Of a stretch of DNA of 64,000 nt, positions 1 through 13,268 are shown piece after piece. Made by a program: the position numbers and the translations under genes. Each line of letters opens with the position of its first letter. The first letter of the stretch is position 1. The notes beneath the pieces were generated by a model. The model did not search any database. It saw only the letters and a list, made by a program, of their open reading frames with translations, and was not told where the DNA came from. The stretch comes from Cetorhinus maximus (taxonomy: Eukaryota). The stretch lies in assembly GCF_964194155.1 (NCBI RefSeq), contig NC_135902.1:47678001-47742000 (forward strand), read 5' to 3'.

Positions 1-82
1 TGTCTTGCTCAAGCTGGACAGTTTTTTCCTCCCATCTGCGGAGCTATCAAACAAAGCCAGGAAATCGCCTGCTCTTTCTTCG
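1..82 (-). CDS. CEP131: CEP131 (AZI1) coding exon 3, partial (runs off window edge)
   Basis: Acceptor ctctccttag at 84-83. Phase-2 join gives (S)EERAGDFLALFDSSADGRKKLSSLSKT, resembling CEP131 'DFLMLFEGSPSGKKRPASLS'. Confidence 0.88.
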
Positions 83-1073
83 CTAAGGAGAGACCAGGTA
101 AGGGGCACAATTAATGGACTTATTTTCTTCAGGCATGATGCCATATTGAATGGCCAATTATATGCATCAATTTTTTGAATTTTTGCAATCAATTCCCGAT
201 ATTCACTATTTCCAAAGTCTTAATTCTCATAACGCAGTGCTTCCTGTGTGCCGTGAGCACAGCTTTCTCACTAGTTACCGAACAGTGCTCTTTTACAGCT
301 CTGTGAAGTGCGTTCTATTACCACACATTCGAAATCGAACTCTGTAACTTTAAGAGTCACTGCACCATTACTTCTGCCATAATTAGGCAAGAAATAAGAA
401 AATATGCTGATTAATTGATTTTATAAATCATATACTCGTGTGCATTTTATGGCCAAGCTGGACCTTCCCACGAGTAGCTGCTGGTAGCCTGGACTTTACT
501 CACCACTATGATTTGTTTTTTGAAAACGGAAGGAGTGGGGAAGGGGATTGGGACTTGAGTGAAATAGAGGAGGAAAACATTTTTTTTTAATTTCCTCATC
601 ACCAATTAGGTGTTCACCATCTAGGCACCATTCACCGACCGAAGATGTTACATGTGTGGACACACTGCCACCTATTGTCACTATCTACAAACACATTAAG
701 CACCAGTCTACATCCATTACATTAGGCAGACGCAATGGCTTTCAGCTCTCTCTGAACAAATGACAAAATGGTAACTTCAGCCTCAGTGGATTCAGTGGAA
801 AAGGATTTGACTTTTTTTTTAAGAAAGTCATTTTCTTGCAACTTGGCTCCTCCAATACTTTTCAGGGGAAAAGAACATGACAAAGGAGTCATGTTTCATT
901 ATTTAATGTTCACGATCCAAAGAAAGAAAACGAAAATAATAGACATACATAAAAGAAAAGAACCCCACCCCCCCTGAAACTGCAAGAGATAAAATCAGGG
1001 GGTTCACTGCTTTTCCAAACATAAAGTAACTTTTTATCTCCATACATTTGCTGCAAGTCACAAAGGCCAAAAT

Positions 1074-1480
1074 GGGGCGGAATTTTAAAATGGGTGGGAT
1101 CGGAAGCAGACGATTTCCAGTCACCAGCCTGTGTGCCGGGTTGCCAGCATGGTCCCAGCTCGGGACCATTTTCGAATAGCCTGTTTGGTGAGGCCGACGT
1201 GAGAGAGAGATATTTGATATCCTTACAAAGGGGCCGTGCATAAGGCCTATTAAACTATATAACAATGCCCCATCCCCCACCCCGGAAAACCACAAGCAGC
1301 CCGCACAGATTTGCTTGGCGTGCTCCCCCCATGGCCACAGGCACGCCTGCTGCTGGATTAATCCCTGGATTGGCGGCGGGGGGGGCAGGCGTGCTGTCCA
1401 CAGGCCTTCCCGCCAATCAGGGTGGAGGCGGGAAGGTGGGGGGTTCCCCACATGTACATGTACACCCTCACGCAGGCAGC
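1074..1480. mobile_element. Degenerate PIF/Harbinger-like non-autonomous element fragment
   Basis: Begins GGGGCGGAATTTT like the TIR of the MITEs at 17.1, 34.2 and 44.6 kb; GC-rich body; right end not identified. Confidence 0.45.
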
Positions 1481-1499
1481 CTGTAGATTATTATCCTTC

Positions 1500-1960
1500 C
1501 AATATCTCCCATGGCTGGATAAACTGCCAAATTGCTATCATCTTCCAGTCCTCCGTGGGCACAAGGGTGGTGCCAGAGGACCAGAGAATTGCAAGTGTTA
1601 CACTTGTGTTGAAGAATGGGTATAAGGATAAGCCCAACAGCTAGAGGCCAATTAGTTTAACCTCAGTGGTGGGAAAGCTTTTAGGAATGATAATCAGGAG
1701 CAGATTTACAGTCACTTGGACAAGTGTGGATTAATTAAGGAAAGCCACATGAATTTGTTGAAGGAAAGTCGTTTTTAACTAGCTTGATTGATGAGGTAAC
1801 AGAGGGTTGATGAGGGTAATGCTGTTGATGTGGTGTACATGGACTTCCAAAAGGTGTTCGCTAAAGTGCCATATAACAAGCTTGTCAGCAAAGTTAAAGC
1901 TGATTCAATAAAAGGGACAGTGGCAGCATGGATATGAAGTTGGCCGAGTGACAGCAACCA
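1500..1960 (+). mobile_element. CR1 LINE reverse-transcriptase fragment (decayed)
   Basis: Translates to CR1 RT motifs (RPISLTSVVGK, VDVVYMDFQKVFAKVP) with stops and frameshifts. Confidence 0.85.
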
Positions 1961-2321
1961 GACATCCTGTGGGCAAGGGTCATTACATTGTGGAAGCTTT
2001 TTATGGATACAGGGAAAAGCTAAGCTTATAATTACTATTTAACACTATTTATAAGGCTAACACAGGCTAACTTCTACAAGTGAGTTACCAGAGAATCTTT
2101 ATGCTGTGTTCATGGTTTTGTGCCAATATTAGAAAGGTGGCTTGTTAAAGGCCAGGCAACAATTGTTTTTCCCCCAGATTGAGACCTTTTCGATTACAAA
2201 TATTGTGTAAAGTTGTTTGCTTAAAGTTCAAAGTAAGGTCAAAAAGGTAATGTCTTAATGTAATACAACTGATGATGGCTGTTTGTTTAGAATATCATTG
2301 CTAAGTAGAAATTCAGCAGTT

Positions 2322-2865
2322 TGTAATCACCCTTACGCAATGGTTGCTTGGTGGAACTGGGGACGGATGGGGGAGGTGCTGAGGCAAGCAGATCCAGGAG
2401 GAGATTGGCCAAACTTCCTGTCAGGACCTTCCTGCTCAAGGGAGGGTTGCCCGGGGTGAAAATGAACCAATCACGGACCGTCGCTATCAGAGGAAGTAGC
2501 CAACCATGGACTATTGCTATCAGAAAGGAGCCAATCAGAAAGTGCGTACATGACAAGGCAGGGAGCAGAAACCTATTTAAGCACGGTGTTCATTAAGCTT
2601 GAGGCCATCACTGCAGCCGGACAAGGAAGAGGGAAAGCCTGGTCAGTTATCTGAACAGAGAATGGACACGGATGGATTGACCACCCGATCCTGCCTGTTT
2701 CTCGGGGAAACCAAGTAACTAAAGCACGGGGTGAGTAGTCACTGGTATAAGTATTATTGAGCTGTCTGTAACAATAATCAAATAATAAAGTGCAGCTGTT
2801 TTGGGTAGTCTCGAGTTTTGGGTCATTGATGTCCAGAGTAGACCAGGTGGTAGGAATAGCCTACA
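2322..2865 (+). mobile_element. Putative solo LTR (~540 bp) in CEP131 intron
   Basis: TGTAA...CTACA termini, repeated CCAAT-like boxes, CTATTTAA TATA-like box near 2573, AATAAA near 2784. CR1 sequence resumes at the right end. No clean TSD. Confidence 0.55.
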
Positions 2866-3790
2866 ATCTACATTGCTTGACCTATAATAGTGACTTGGAC
2901 TTGGCTGTGCAGGGCACAATTTCAAAATCTGCAGATGACACAAAACTTGGGAATACTGTGAACTGTGAGGAGAATAGTGATCGACTTCAAGAGGGCATAG
3001 ACAGGTTGGTGGAATGGGTGAAGTTTCATGCAGAGAAGTGCTACATTTTAGTAGGAAGAACTACTAAATGTGTAGAATATAAGATAAAGGCGTAATTCTA
3101 ATGGGGGTGCAGGAACAAAAAGACCTGGTGGTATATGTGCACAAATCACTGAAGGTGGCACAGCAGGTTGAGAAAGCAGTTAGTACGGCATACGGATCCT
3201 GGGCTTTATAAAGAGGTACATAGGTCACAAAAACAAGGGAGTGATGTGACCCTTTATAAATGAGTATTGTGTCCGATTCTAAGCATCACGCTTTAGGAAG
3301 GATGTGAATGTATCAGAGCGTGCACACAAAAAATTTACGAGAATGGTTCCAGGAATGGGGGATTTCAGTTACATGGATAGACTGGAGAAGCTGGGGTCAT
3401 TCTCCTTAGAGAAGAGGAGGTTGAGAAAAGATTTGTTAGAGGTGTTCAAAAACATGCAAGGCCTGGACAGAGGAGATAGGGAGAAACCACTGGCAAAAAG
3501 GTCAAGAGCCAGAGAACTCGGATTTGAGGGGAATAGCAAAAGAACCAAATATGGCATGAGGAAAACATTTTTTTTTAAATACAGTTTATAGTTAGGATCT
3601 GGAATGCACTGGCTGAGAGTGTGGCAGAAGCTGATTCAATCATGGCTTTCAAAAGGCAACTGGATCATTACCTGAAGAGAAAAATTATTACAATGCCATA
3701 AGGAAAGGGCAGTGGGGCTAGCTCTCTTACAGAGAGCTGGCAAGGAACTAAGAGGCCACATGGTTCTTTCTATGCTGCATCCATTTCGAG
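2866..3790 (+). mobile_element. CR1 LINE 3' portion (decayed)
   Basis: SKSADDTKLG, DRLEKLGSFSLEKRRLRKDL and CR1 3' UTR. Confidence 0.88.
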
Positions 3791-4384
3791 AAGCTAAGTT
3801 GCAGGCAACACAAATAAAACCAGTGTGGGGTTGGCAGGAGGCAGGCCCTGACCTGTCAGTCTGGAACTATCACTGCAGCTGCTGCTTTCACTTTCAATGC
3901 CAGATCCTAACTATAAACTGTATTTTTTTTTTAAATGTTTTCCTCATGTCACCTTTGGTTCTTTTTCAAATCAGTGCCCTCTGGCTCTTGACCCTATTGC
4001 CAATGGGGTCAGTTTCTCCCTATCTCCTCCGTCCAGGCCTCTCATGTTTTTGAACAGGTCTATCAAATCTCTTCTCAACCTTTTCTTTTTGTGATCTATG
4101 TACTTATCTGCCTCCACTATGAACAGCCAGGGTTGGGGCGGGGTGGGTGAAGAGTAATGAAAGGGGGTTGTGTAAATGCTTCTATCTTTCAGAAACTCAT
4201 AGAAAGCAGGGAAAGTATATTGAGGCATTTAATGCTGACTGAATAATCAAAATGCTGCTCAGTGTTCTGGTGCAGTTGTTGGTGAACTGATTTGCAAGAT
4301 GTCCTTCATATTTACACAGTAGATTAAATTCCACCTAAACATGGATCTACTTCAATTCTCAGTGATGTAAAGTAATTACATTAC

Positions 4385-4494
4385 CTTAATGTGGCATTGG
4401 CTTGCTGGTTGACCTGCGTGGTACTGTTTGACCTTTGTAAATTGTTAATAGCACGAGAACCACTGCCACTGATATTTCCAAGCCCAGCATCAAC
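4385..4494 (-). CDS. CEP131: CEP131 coding exon 2 (110 nt)
   Basis: ctccctgcag| acceptor and |gtaatg donor. Encodes VDAGLGNISGSGSRAINNLQRSNSTTQVNQQANATL, matching the CEP131 'AINNLRRSNSTTQV' motif. Phases 0/2 fit both neighbouring exons. Confidence 0.93.
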
Positions 4495-5419
4495 CTGCAG
4501 GGAGACAGAAAACCTCGACATAACTTTTACATGCGAAACTTCTCATTCTCTCTGTTTCTCTCACATGCATGCATTTACACACGCCCAATAGCTTTTCCCT
4601 ACACTTCTGAAGTACTATAACACACTTGTGACTTTACAAATTTTGCACTTTCCCAATTTGAGTTGTACTGCTGATTTTAGGTAGGGGGAGAGGAAGAGCA
4701 CCCCCAGTACTGACAAGCACACAATCAATCAGACAAATTGCACCCAAACCTTCCTTGTCAAATGGTTCATTGAGCATATCAGACGTTAGTAAGATTCAGC
4801 TTAATGAATAGCCAGAGAAAATAAATTGAGGCACCAATTATATGCACCAGTAAACAATAGATATCCCCAAGGCTCGGCTGGAAAGTGTATCGCCTAGAAC
4901 ATTAAGGTCAAAAGACCAAAAAATCTCCCAGGATCAATCCCTAGTGTTGCTTATTAGCTAATCACAGTCTTGGTCAAAGTTGGGGAACTGAGGAAGGAGC
5001 TGGTAAAACAAGAACTAAAATTAGTCTTAGTGTCCCTTGAATGAGGTAAAGAGTGGAGTGGTGGGGAAAGAAAATCATCCAAGATTTATGCTTCTAATTG
5101 TTATCCAATACCTCTCTGGAAAGCAAAGCTTAAATTGTCGAGCAAATCACTGCTAAGTCCCCCGTTACACTCACCTGACCATCAGAAATGTACTTTGCAG
5201 AGAGGAATTGGATAGCAATTAGAAGCATAAATCTTGGAAGCTTAAATTGACCACAAAACGATAATTTGGGTCTCATACCAGAAGGCTGTCAGCACAAGAC
5301 CTGTGTGCCTCACCATGATCACCACATTCATGGCAGGAAGGGGAAGTTTTTTTTAAAAACTCGGCCAGTTCTGGAAAGTTCCATTTAAGTTATACCCAGG
5401 TTCCGTCTGCATTATTTAC

Positions 5420-5587
5420 CGAAGTGTTCCTTTTGGCCTTGTTCTCGGAGATGACAGAGGTGGAGCGTGCTAGCTGTTTGGCTGGTGAAGCGCTGCTGGG
5501 GCGTTTAGATATGGATAACTGAGAGCCAGTCAAGCTAAGATCAAATCCATCACCAAGGAACGAAGAACTGCTTCGTGAAGTATTCAT
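5420..5587 (-). CDS. CEP131: CEP131 first coding exon (exon spans 5611-5420, ATG at 5587)
   Basis: MNTSRSSSSFLGDGFDLSLTGSQLSISKRPSSASPAKQLARSTSVISENKAKRNTS matches the vertebrate CEP131 N-terminus (DLSLTG...RRP.SA). Acceptor ttcattccag| at 5612, donor |gtaaat at 5419. Confidence 0.92.
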
Positions 5588-5934
5588 TGTGAACGCACAA
5601 TAGAAAGCAACCTGGAATGAAATTAGAAAACTACATGTAAACATTTGGCTTTTGAATCCAGTAGTTTAACACTTTAAAATAGTGAAATTCTTTTGCGGCT
5701 TGCAAAGTGAGCATATGCACTATCAAGCCCTCTCCTAGCTTTTACACAGTGAAATTAATATTTTATTCATTGAAATGGTCAATGCATTTGCTAATGTCCT
5801 GAGAGAGGATTTTGCTATGGCTTGTGCTAAAAACATATCAGTATGCAACAGAGCTAACAAACAGGTGAATACCACCAGCTGAAATCAGTTAGCAACATGG
5901 ACTAAGAACTGTGTCCAGGACTTCCATAGTCTAA

Positions 5935-6345
5935 ACATATCAGCTTGGCTCATCTGGTCATATTCTTGCCTCTGAGTTAGAAGTTTGTGGGTGGAAAGCC
6001 TATTCTAAGAATTGACCCTTTAATCCAGATTGGCATTCTAGTGTAGTGCTGAGGAAGTACTATCCTTCAGATCAGATATCAAACAAAAGCATTATCAGCC
6101 TGTTCCAATGGACATTACAGATCCCATATCAATATTCAGAGAGAAGTACAGTTCACCTGGTGTGCTGGGCAATATTTCACCCTAAATTGACAGCACGGTC
6201 ACTCATTTCATTGGTGTTTGTGGGATCTTGTTGCACACAAAAAGGTGCCATATTTTTTAGAATACAACCACTGGATTTAAAAATGACATTAATTTATTCC
6301 ACCTGAGGATATATGATAAAGCACCATAAACATAGAAGACTTTAC
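5935..6345 (+). mobile_element. Deu-domain tRNA-derived SINE (SacSINE1/AmnSINE1-like), diverged
   Basis: Colinear with better-preserved copies, for example 59517-59945. Confidence 0.65.
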
Positions 6346-6369
6346 ATTTAATAATGTATCATTTATGCA

Positions 6370-7010
6370 TCCAATTCCATTTGCCTAGCTCTACTCCTGC
6401 TATACTCCATCTGCCGCTGAAATGCTTAATCACACCTTTGTCACCTCCAGGCTTGACCAGTCCACTCCTCTCCAGCCCAGCTTCCCAACCTCCACCATTC
6501 ATAAACTCCAGCTTATCCGAACTCATCCACTCCCTCTCACTCATCAACCATGCCCTTGCTGACCTATATTGCCTCCCAGTTGTGAATGGCTCAATATTAA
6601 AATCCTCATCCTTATGTTTAAATCTCTTCATTGGGTTATCCCTCCTTATCTCTAACCTCCTCAAGACCTACACCCCAGCCCCACCTCTCCCCCGGGAACA
6701 CTCTGTTCCTCTAACTCTGGCCTTTTTGTACATGGCTTTACCCCACCATTAAGAGCCATGCCTGCAGCTGCTTAGGCCCTGTGCTCTAGAATTCCCTCTC
6801 AAACCCTTCTGTCTGTCTCTCCTCCTCCTCCACATCTCTCTCTCCCTCCCTCTTCCCTTAAGGCTCATATTGTAACCCTCCCCTTTAACCATACTTTTGG
6901 CTGCCCATCCTAACACCACTTTATTTCAGTGTCCATTTGTGTCTGATGATGTCTCTATGAAGCACCTTTATGTTAAAGCATAATGTACATATGACAGTAG
7001 TTGTTATTGT
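6370..7010 (+). mobile_element. L2 LINE 3' fragment
   Basis: LADLYCLPV...ILKSSSL (L2 'LHWLPV...FKIL' region) plus L2 3' tail ending in gttgttattgtt. Confidence 0.75.
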
Positions 7011-8704
7011 TGGCTCACTCCACCAAGGAAGCCCTCTTCATGGATTTCTCTGACAAGTACATACAGGTAAATGCCACTAGCATACCTAAACAAAACGTTT
7101 AAAAAATACTCAAGATGACCAGAATAAAAACACTTTTATAACTGTAGAAATTCAAAGGGTAAATCAGACCTAAATGACAATGAAAATACAAAGTCATCAA
7201 CCTTTCAAAAGCATCAGATTTCTGATAACAGCTGAGGAGCTGCCAAGTTCAAGACGACATTAATCGTTATTCACATCCTAAAGGGTCACTGAATCTGATG
7301 GTCAAAATTAATTCACAGGCTTTAAGCTGTCATTACCCAAAATAAATCTCGCTAAAGCTTTGTTTGAAAAGTGCCAACTCTGAGTAAAAGTCAAAGCAAA
7401 TGTGTTTGTGTTATCTACCCCCAAAAATAGCTTTGGTAAATCTCTTCAATGTAAAACAGCCAAAACAAAGATTCTTGGCACAGCACAGAGGATTTTGATG
7501 GTCACAGGTTAGTACTGTTTGAAAACCTACAAGGTTTAGAGGCTACTTTGAAGTTCCTGTATCTTTTAAAACAGAAAACTTTCCACAAGGAACCAAACAT
7601 TGCATAGTAAAGGTTACATTTTCAGCTCTTCATTGTCTGAACTACTTTGATTCTATTTCTGGGAGTGCTGAAGATACAGCCAATGAAAAAACCTCTTCAC
7701 CATCACTCTTTGGTGCATTAGCACTTCAGCCTGACCCACTGAACACTGCCAGTCTCAAGCTGGTCAGTTTGCTCCAAACAGACAAAGGACAGGAAGTTTA
7801 ATATTAGACAATGACTGAGCACCTCCATCTGGTGATCACAGAGTGAAAATAAAAATGATCACTGCCCTTTCATCCAAGAAATAGGAACGTGGCATGAAGA
7901 ACTGTGGAGAAAGAGCCCTGTACAACTGAAATAATGCTGACATTCTGCTGAAAAGCCATCACTTTGTAAATTAACAATCTTCTGTCATCACTCAAGTTTT
8001 CCCTAGCCACTTTATCCCACCCAATTAATAAAATTAATTTGTTGCCTGTACTGTTTATTTGGAGTCAATGGTCAATCTCTGGAGCTTAGCATAATGTCAT
8101 TTCCGACAAAGCACTGTGTGAGGAAAGGCACACAAATAGACAATTATGCCAAATCCAATTTAATAAACATTCTATTTTCAGTTTACCAATACAAATGGGT
8201 TTTAACTTGCTTTGTTCCAGAAGGACTAACTGGGAAATTGGAACTTCAATTTCAACAATATTAACTGGAGAAATGCAGTTTTAATTTAGAAAGCACAATA
8301 ACCTATATTAAAAATTCACTCTAAATTCATGTTCTGATTCATGGGTTTGCTACCCATTAGCTGACATCAAACACTGAGATGACAGAATTCTTTCTTAAAA
8401 CCAATTACTTTTAATCCGCCTTCTGTAACTGGTATTTTGCTTTTCTTGTAAGTTGAGCCTTTGGACCCAGACCTTTTCACATATAAAAATATTGCTGCAG
8501 AATTCTCTCATATAGCTTCTTACATTTGGCTTTTGAATGCTCACTCTTTTTCTGGGTAAAATCAGTTGGCATTACCCATTTTCTCAAAGCATAACAAACA
8601 TTTACTTACCAAAGGCTCTGAGTTGAGGACTTCGTTATTTTCTAATGCGTTTGGATTGTGCATTTATTACTCCAGATATATTTGAGGAATTGCACATACT
8701 GAAT

Positions 8705-11190
8705 ATCATAAGGACAATTCAGCACAGACTAAGGCCATTTGTCCCATCATGGCTGTGCTGGCTCTTTAGTGGAGCTATCCAATTAGTCCCACTCCCCTGC
8801 TCTTTCCCCATAGCCCTGTAAATATTTTCCTCTGAGTATTTATTCAGTTCTCCTTTGTATGTTTTGGATCTGTTCCAACTGCCCTTTCAGGCAGTGCATT
8901 CCAGGTCACAGCAACTTGCGGTGTAAAACAAAAAGTTGCTTCATGTCGCCCTTTTTGTCAATCACCTTAAATCTGTGTCCTCCGATTAATGGTCCTCCTG
9001 CCACTGGAAGCAGTTTCTCTTTATCTACCCTATCAAAACCATTCTTGACCTCGAACATCTCTATCAAATCTTCTCTTTAACCTTCCCCACTCCAGCTTCT
9101 CCAGTCCCTCACATCGCTGGTACCATTCTGGTAAATCTCTCCTGCAACCTCCCTCAGGTCTTGACACCTTCCTGAAGTGTCATGTCCAGACTTGAATGTA
9201 ACACTTCAGCTGAGGCCTGACCAGTGTTTTATAAAAGGTATAGCATGAGTTCTTTCCTTCTGTACTCTACTTGTCTATTAATAAAGCCAAATGCTTTTTT
9301 AAAAAAAGCCCTTCTCATCTTGTCCAGCTACCTTCAAGGGTTTGTGTACATAACCACACGGACACACAAATGAGAGACAACTTGCCCACACTGGGAAACC
9401 CTACATAATGCATCCCTCAATCTACCTATCGAAATGTATCACTTCATACTTCTCCATGTTAAATTTCATCCACTATGCGCATGGGCATACGAATTAAGGA
9501 GCAGGAGAAAGCCCTTCAACCCCAAGCCTCTTCCGCCATTTGATAAGATCATGGCTAATCTGATTGTGGCTTCAGTTCTACCTTCTTGTCTACCCCTATA
9601 CTCTTTGAATCCTTTGTCAATCAAGAATCTATCTAACTCTGCCTTAAAAACATTCAACGAGCCAGCCTCCACTGCTCTCTGGGAAGAGAATTCTACAGGC
9701 TAATGACCCTCTGAGAGAAAAATGTTCTCCTCACCTCCATCTTAAATGGGAGGCCTCTTATTTTTAAACTGTCTGCCCTAGTTCTAGTCTCTCCCGTAAG
9801 GGAAACATCCTCTCAGCATTCACATTGTCAAATCACCTCAGGATCTTGTATGTTTCAATAGGATATAATGTTGTAATTCTATAAAACACTGGTGAGGCCA
9901 CAACTGGAGTATTGTGTGCAGTTCTGGTCACCACATTACAGGAAGGTCATAATAGCTCTGGAGAGAGTGCAGAGGAGGTTTATAAGAATGTTGCCAAGGT
10001 TAGAAAAGTGTAGCTATAAGGAGAGATTGGATAGGTTGGGGTTATTTTCCTTAGAACAAAGAAGGCTGAGAGGTGACTTGATTGTGGTGTACAAAATTAT
10101 GAGGGGAATAGATAGAGTGGACAGGATAAAATTGTTTCCCTTGGTGGAGAATCCTAGAACCAGGGTACATAGATTCAAGATAAGTGGCAGAAGGTGTAGG
10201 GGGGACATGAGGAAGAACTTTTTCACGCAGAGGGTAGTGGGTGCCTGGAATTCACTGCCCAAGTTGGTGGTAGAGGCAGAAACTCTAAACTCTTAAAAAG
10301 TACCTAGATCTGCACCTTAAGTGCTGTAAGCTGCAGGGCTATGGGCCGGGTGCAGGAAGGTGGGATTAGAAAGGGCACCTGGGTGTCCTTGGGCTGGCAT
10401 GGACAAGATGGGCCGAATGGCCTCTTTCTGTCCTGTAAGTTTTCTGTGGTTCTAAGATCACCTTATGTTCTTCCAAGCTCCAATGGATACAGGCCCAATC
10501 TGTCCAACCTTTCCTCATAAAATAACTCCCCTCATCCCAGGCATCAGTCAAGTGAACCTTCTCTGAACAGCTTCTGATGCAATTATATCCTTTCTTAAGT
10601 AAGGAGACTAAAACTGTACACAGTACTCAAGATGTGGTCTCACCAAGACCACCACCCTGTACAACTGTAGCAGAACTTCCTTCATTTTATATTCCACTCT
10701 CCTTGAAATACACAACATTCCATTTGCCTTCCTAATCACTTGCAGTACCTGCATACCTAACTTTTTATGAGTCAGGCACTAGGTCACCCAGATCCCTCTG
10801 TACTGCAGAGCTCTGCAATCTCTCTCCATTTAAATAACGCACTGCTTTTCTATTCCTCCTGCCAAAGTGGACGCACTTTCCCACATTATATTCCATCTGC
10901 CAAATTTTTGCACATTCACTTAACCTACCTACATCCCTTTGTAGACTCCTTATGTGCTCTTCACAACTTACTCTCCGACCTATCTTTATGCCATCAACAA
11001 ATTTAGCAGCCATACATTCTGTCCATTCGTCCAAGTCATTGATATAGATTGTAAATAGTTGAGGCTCCAGCACTGATCCCTGTAGCATTTCACTAGTTAC
11101 AACTTGCCAACCTGAAAAAGACCCACTATCCCTACTCCCTGCTTTCTGTTAGCTAATTAATCCTCTATCCGTGCTAATACGTTACCCGCC
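8705..11190 (-). mobile_element. Cluster of nested CR1 LINE fragments (mostly minus strand)
   Basis: QGSVLEPQLFTIYINDLD, FKAELDRFL and several CR1 3' tails. Confidence 0.88.
9861..10452 (+). mobile_element. Young CR1 3' fragment inserted into an older antisense CR1
   Basis: Open 134-aa frame RPQLEYCVQFWSPHY...RRLRGDLI...NFFTQRVVGAWNSLP. Host sequence atgtttcaata|agatcacct rejoins across it. Confidence 0.88.
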
Positions 11191-11194
11191 GCTC

Positions 11195-11590
11195 CAGGAT
11201 TTAAGCACATGATGTAAATGTAGGTTGACACTCCCAGTGCGATGCTGAGCAAATGCAAGAGGTACTGTCCTTTGGATGAGGCATTAAACTGAGACCCTCT
11301 CTGATCTTTCAGGTGACACTATTCAAAGAGGAGCAGGGGAGTTCTCCAGTTATCTTGGCCAAAATTTATCCCTCATCAACACCACTGAAACAGATTATCT
11401 GGTCCTTTGTTTCATTGCTGTTTCTATGCGCTGCAATGTGAAATTTGGCCGCCATATTTCCCTTGTAAGGGCACCTTTAACACCAGGGCATCAAACAAAA
11501 CTTGACTGCACTTCAAAAGTATTTCATCATCGTGAAGTGCTTTGGACCATCCTGATAGCGGGAAAGGCAATATCTAAATGCACATCCTTT
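11195..11590 (+). mobile_element. Deu-domain SINE
   Basis: gagcaggggagttctcc...cagattatctggtc...aaatttggccgcc...cacttcaaaagtatttcat. Confidence 0.75.
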
Positions 11591-13089
11591 ATTAGGCCCT
11601 TTAAATCAGAAGTATCCAAAATTTAGAAATTGATCTTGTTGTAACAAGCAAACAACTTTCACTGAGAGAAGCACATGTTCTGAAAAAATGCTAATCCTGA
11701 AGTATTTTTGCTTGAACTCCTAAAATGATGCCGTGCCTTAGCACCTTTGCTTTAAGTTACAGTTCTCTTTGTGCTATTTCTTCTCCCCCAGACCTATGTC
11801 ATTAGAAAGTTGTTGGATCACTAGCTTATTCCTTTGCTGAGGTCACCCAGCTATGAAGGATTTATGTGCAAGTTGCTTGGACTGACTCAATTTAAAGAAC
11901 ATCCTTTTGCTTTGAGGGGGAAAGTGCCTCGTCCAACACTGGATATTTTACAAACAGCCCACAAATGGCAATGTAGTACCCTCTCCAGACTCTCTACGGA
12001 TCTACAGACTCTTGGATGTGCACCCTTACAAAATGATTAAGTTAAACGCCTGATGATATGTAACCTTTTCTGTTGCTACAGCTGGTAAGCGATTGTCTAC
12101 CAGAAATATTTTTAGTCCCATTCACAGGGATGTTAAACAGAAGGTTGGTCAAACACACACAAAAAAATTAACAGCTTTTAAATAATGGAAGAACTAGCAT
12201 TTATGAAGTGCCTTTTCCACACCCAAGATGTCCCAAAGTTCTGCACAGCAAGTGAAGTACTTTATGAAGTGCAGCCAATGTTGCAGTGCATGCCAATTTG
12301 CTGCTGGTTTAATGACCCAATATGAACCCCCTCAATTAATGTATTCCCTTCTAACTGAATTTCAGTTGACCATTGTCCTCTACGTTGCTCTATCATTCAG
12401 GAGTTTTTTTTTAAGCAGTTGAGGGAAACAAATCATCTTACAAATAGGTTAGCAAAATTAAGTCCTTGCCAACACCTGCAAGAAAACTGTATGCAAGTCA
12501 CAGCAACATCCCTTGGAGACACCAAGGATATTCAAAAATGTCCTCGAACGAGTAAAGTTCACTCTGTAATCGTGGAGTTGTGAATGGCAGCCATTGCAGC
12601 AAGCATCAATGTTATTTCACCTGCATCAGAATCGACTCATTTCCAAGCGCAAGTCCGACCAAGGGCAAACAATACTGACTTTCACCCATAAAATGGTGAT
12701 TTCAGATTTGTTGAGCACCCTGGATCCCATCACTTTTTTAGTAACTGCAGGGAGGCAATTAAAAGTTTGCTACAATAAGTCTACGTGGTTAGGCTCACTG
12801 ATTTGAAATGGGAAGTACTGTTTTAAATAAGATGCAAAGTGCCAGAGAGTGAATGGGGTATCAGAAAACTAGCTGTCAGTTTTAGTTACCAATAGGGGAA
12901 AAGGGTCTCTCACAAGTACACCAACATCCAGACTTTGACTGTAGATCCTCCACAACAATCCCCATTCAGCTTAAACATCCCTAACTACATTTTTTTAAAA
13001 AAATAACCAAACTATCTAGACAGCAACATGCATTGGTCCAGGTTTTACTTGGCCGCATCTGAACCATTTCCTTCTCGACTGAGTCAAAC

Positions 13090-13104
13090 GTTACCATAGG
13101 CAAC
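13090..13104. promoter_or_regulatory. RFX X-box near the CEP131 5' end
   Basis: GTTACC-ATA-GGCAAC fits GTNRCC(N0-3)RGYAAC exactly; an extra half-site GGTAAC follows. Confidence 0.6.
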
Positions 13105-13202
13105 GCTGGTAACAGTCACAAGCATGCACTACTATTCAATCCCTCGACAGGCAAACCCTTCACTCTTGGGCACTGCTTCGAGTAGCTGGGATTCAAGAGC
13201 AT

Positions 13203-13259
13203 GAGAGAGAGAGAGAGACAGAGAAAGAGAGAGAGAGCCAGAGAGAGAGAGAGACAGAG
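13203..13259. repeat. Imperfect (GA)n microsatellite
   Basis: gagagagagagagagacagagaaagagagagagagcc... Confidence 0.95.
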
Positions 13260-13268
13260 GGATCCCAC

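Noticed and set aside
4633-4690. Minus-strand SSTTQI resembling the CEP131 'SNSTTQV' motif
   Set aside because: Ends in an in-frame stop; the true exon is 4385-4494.
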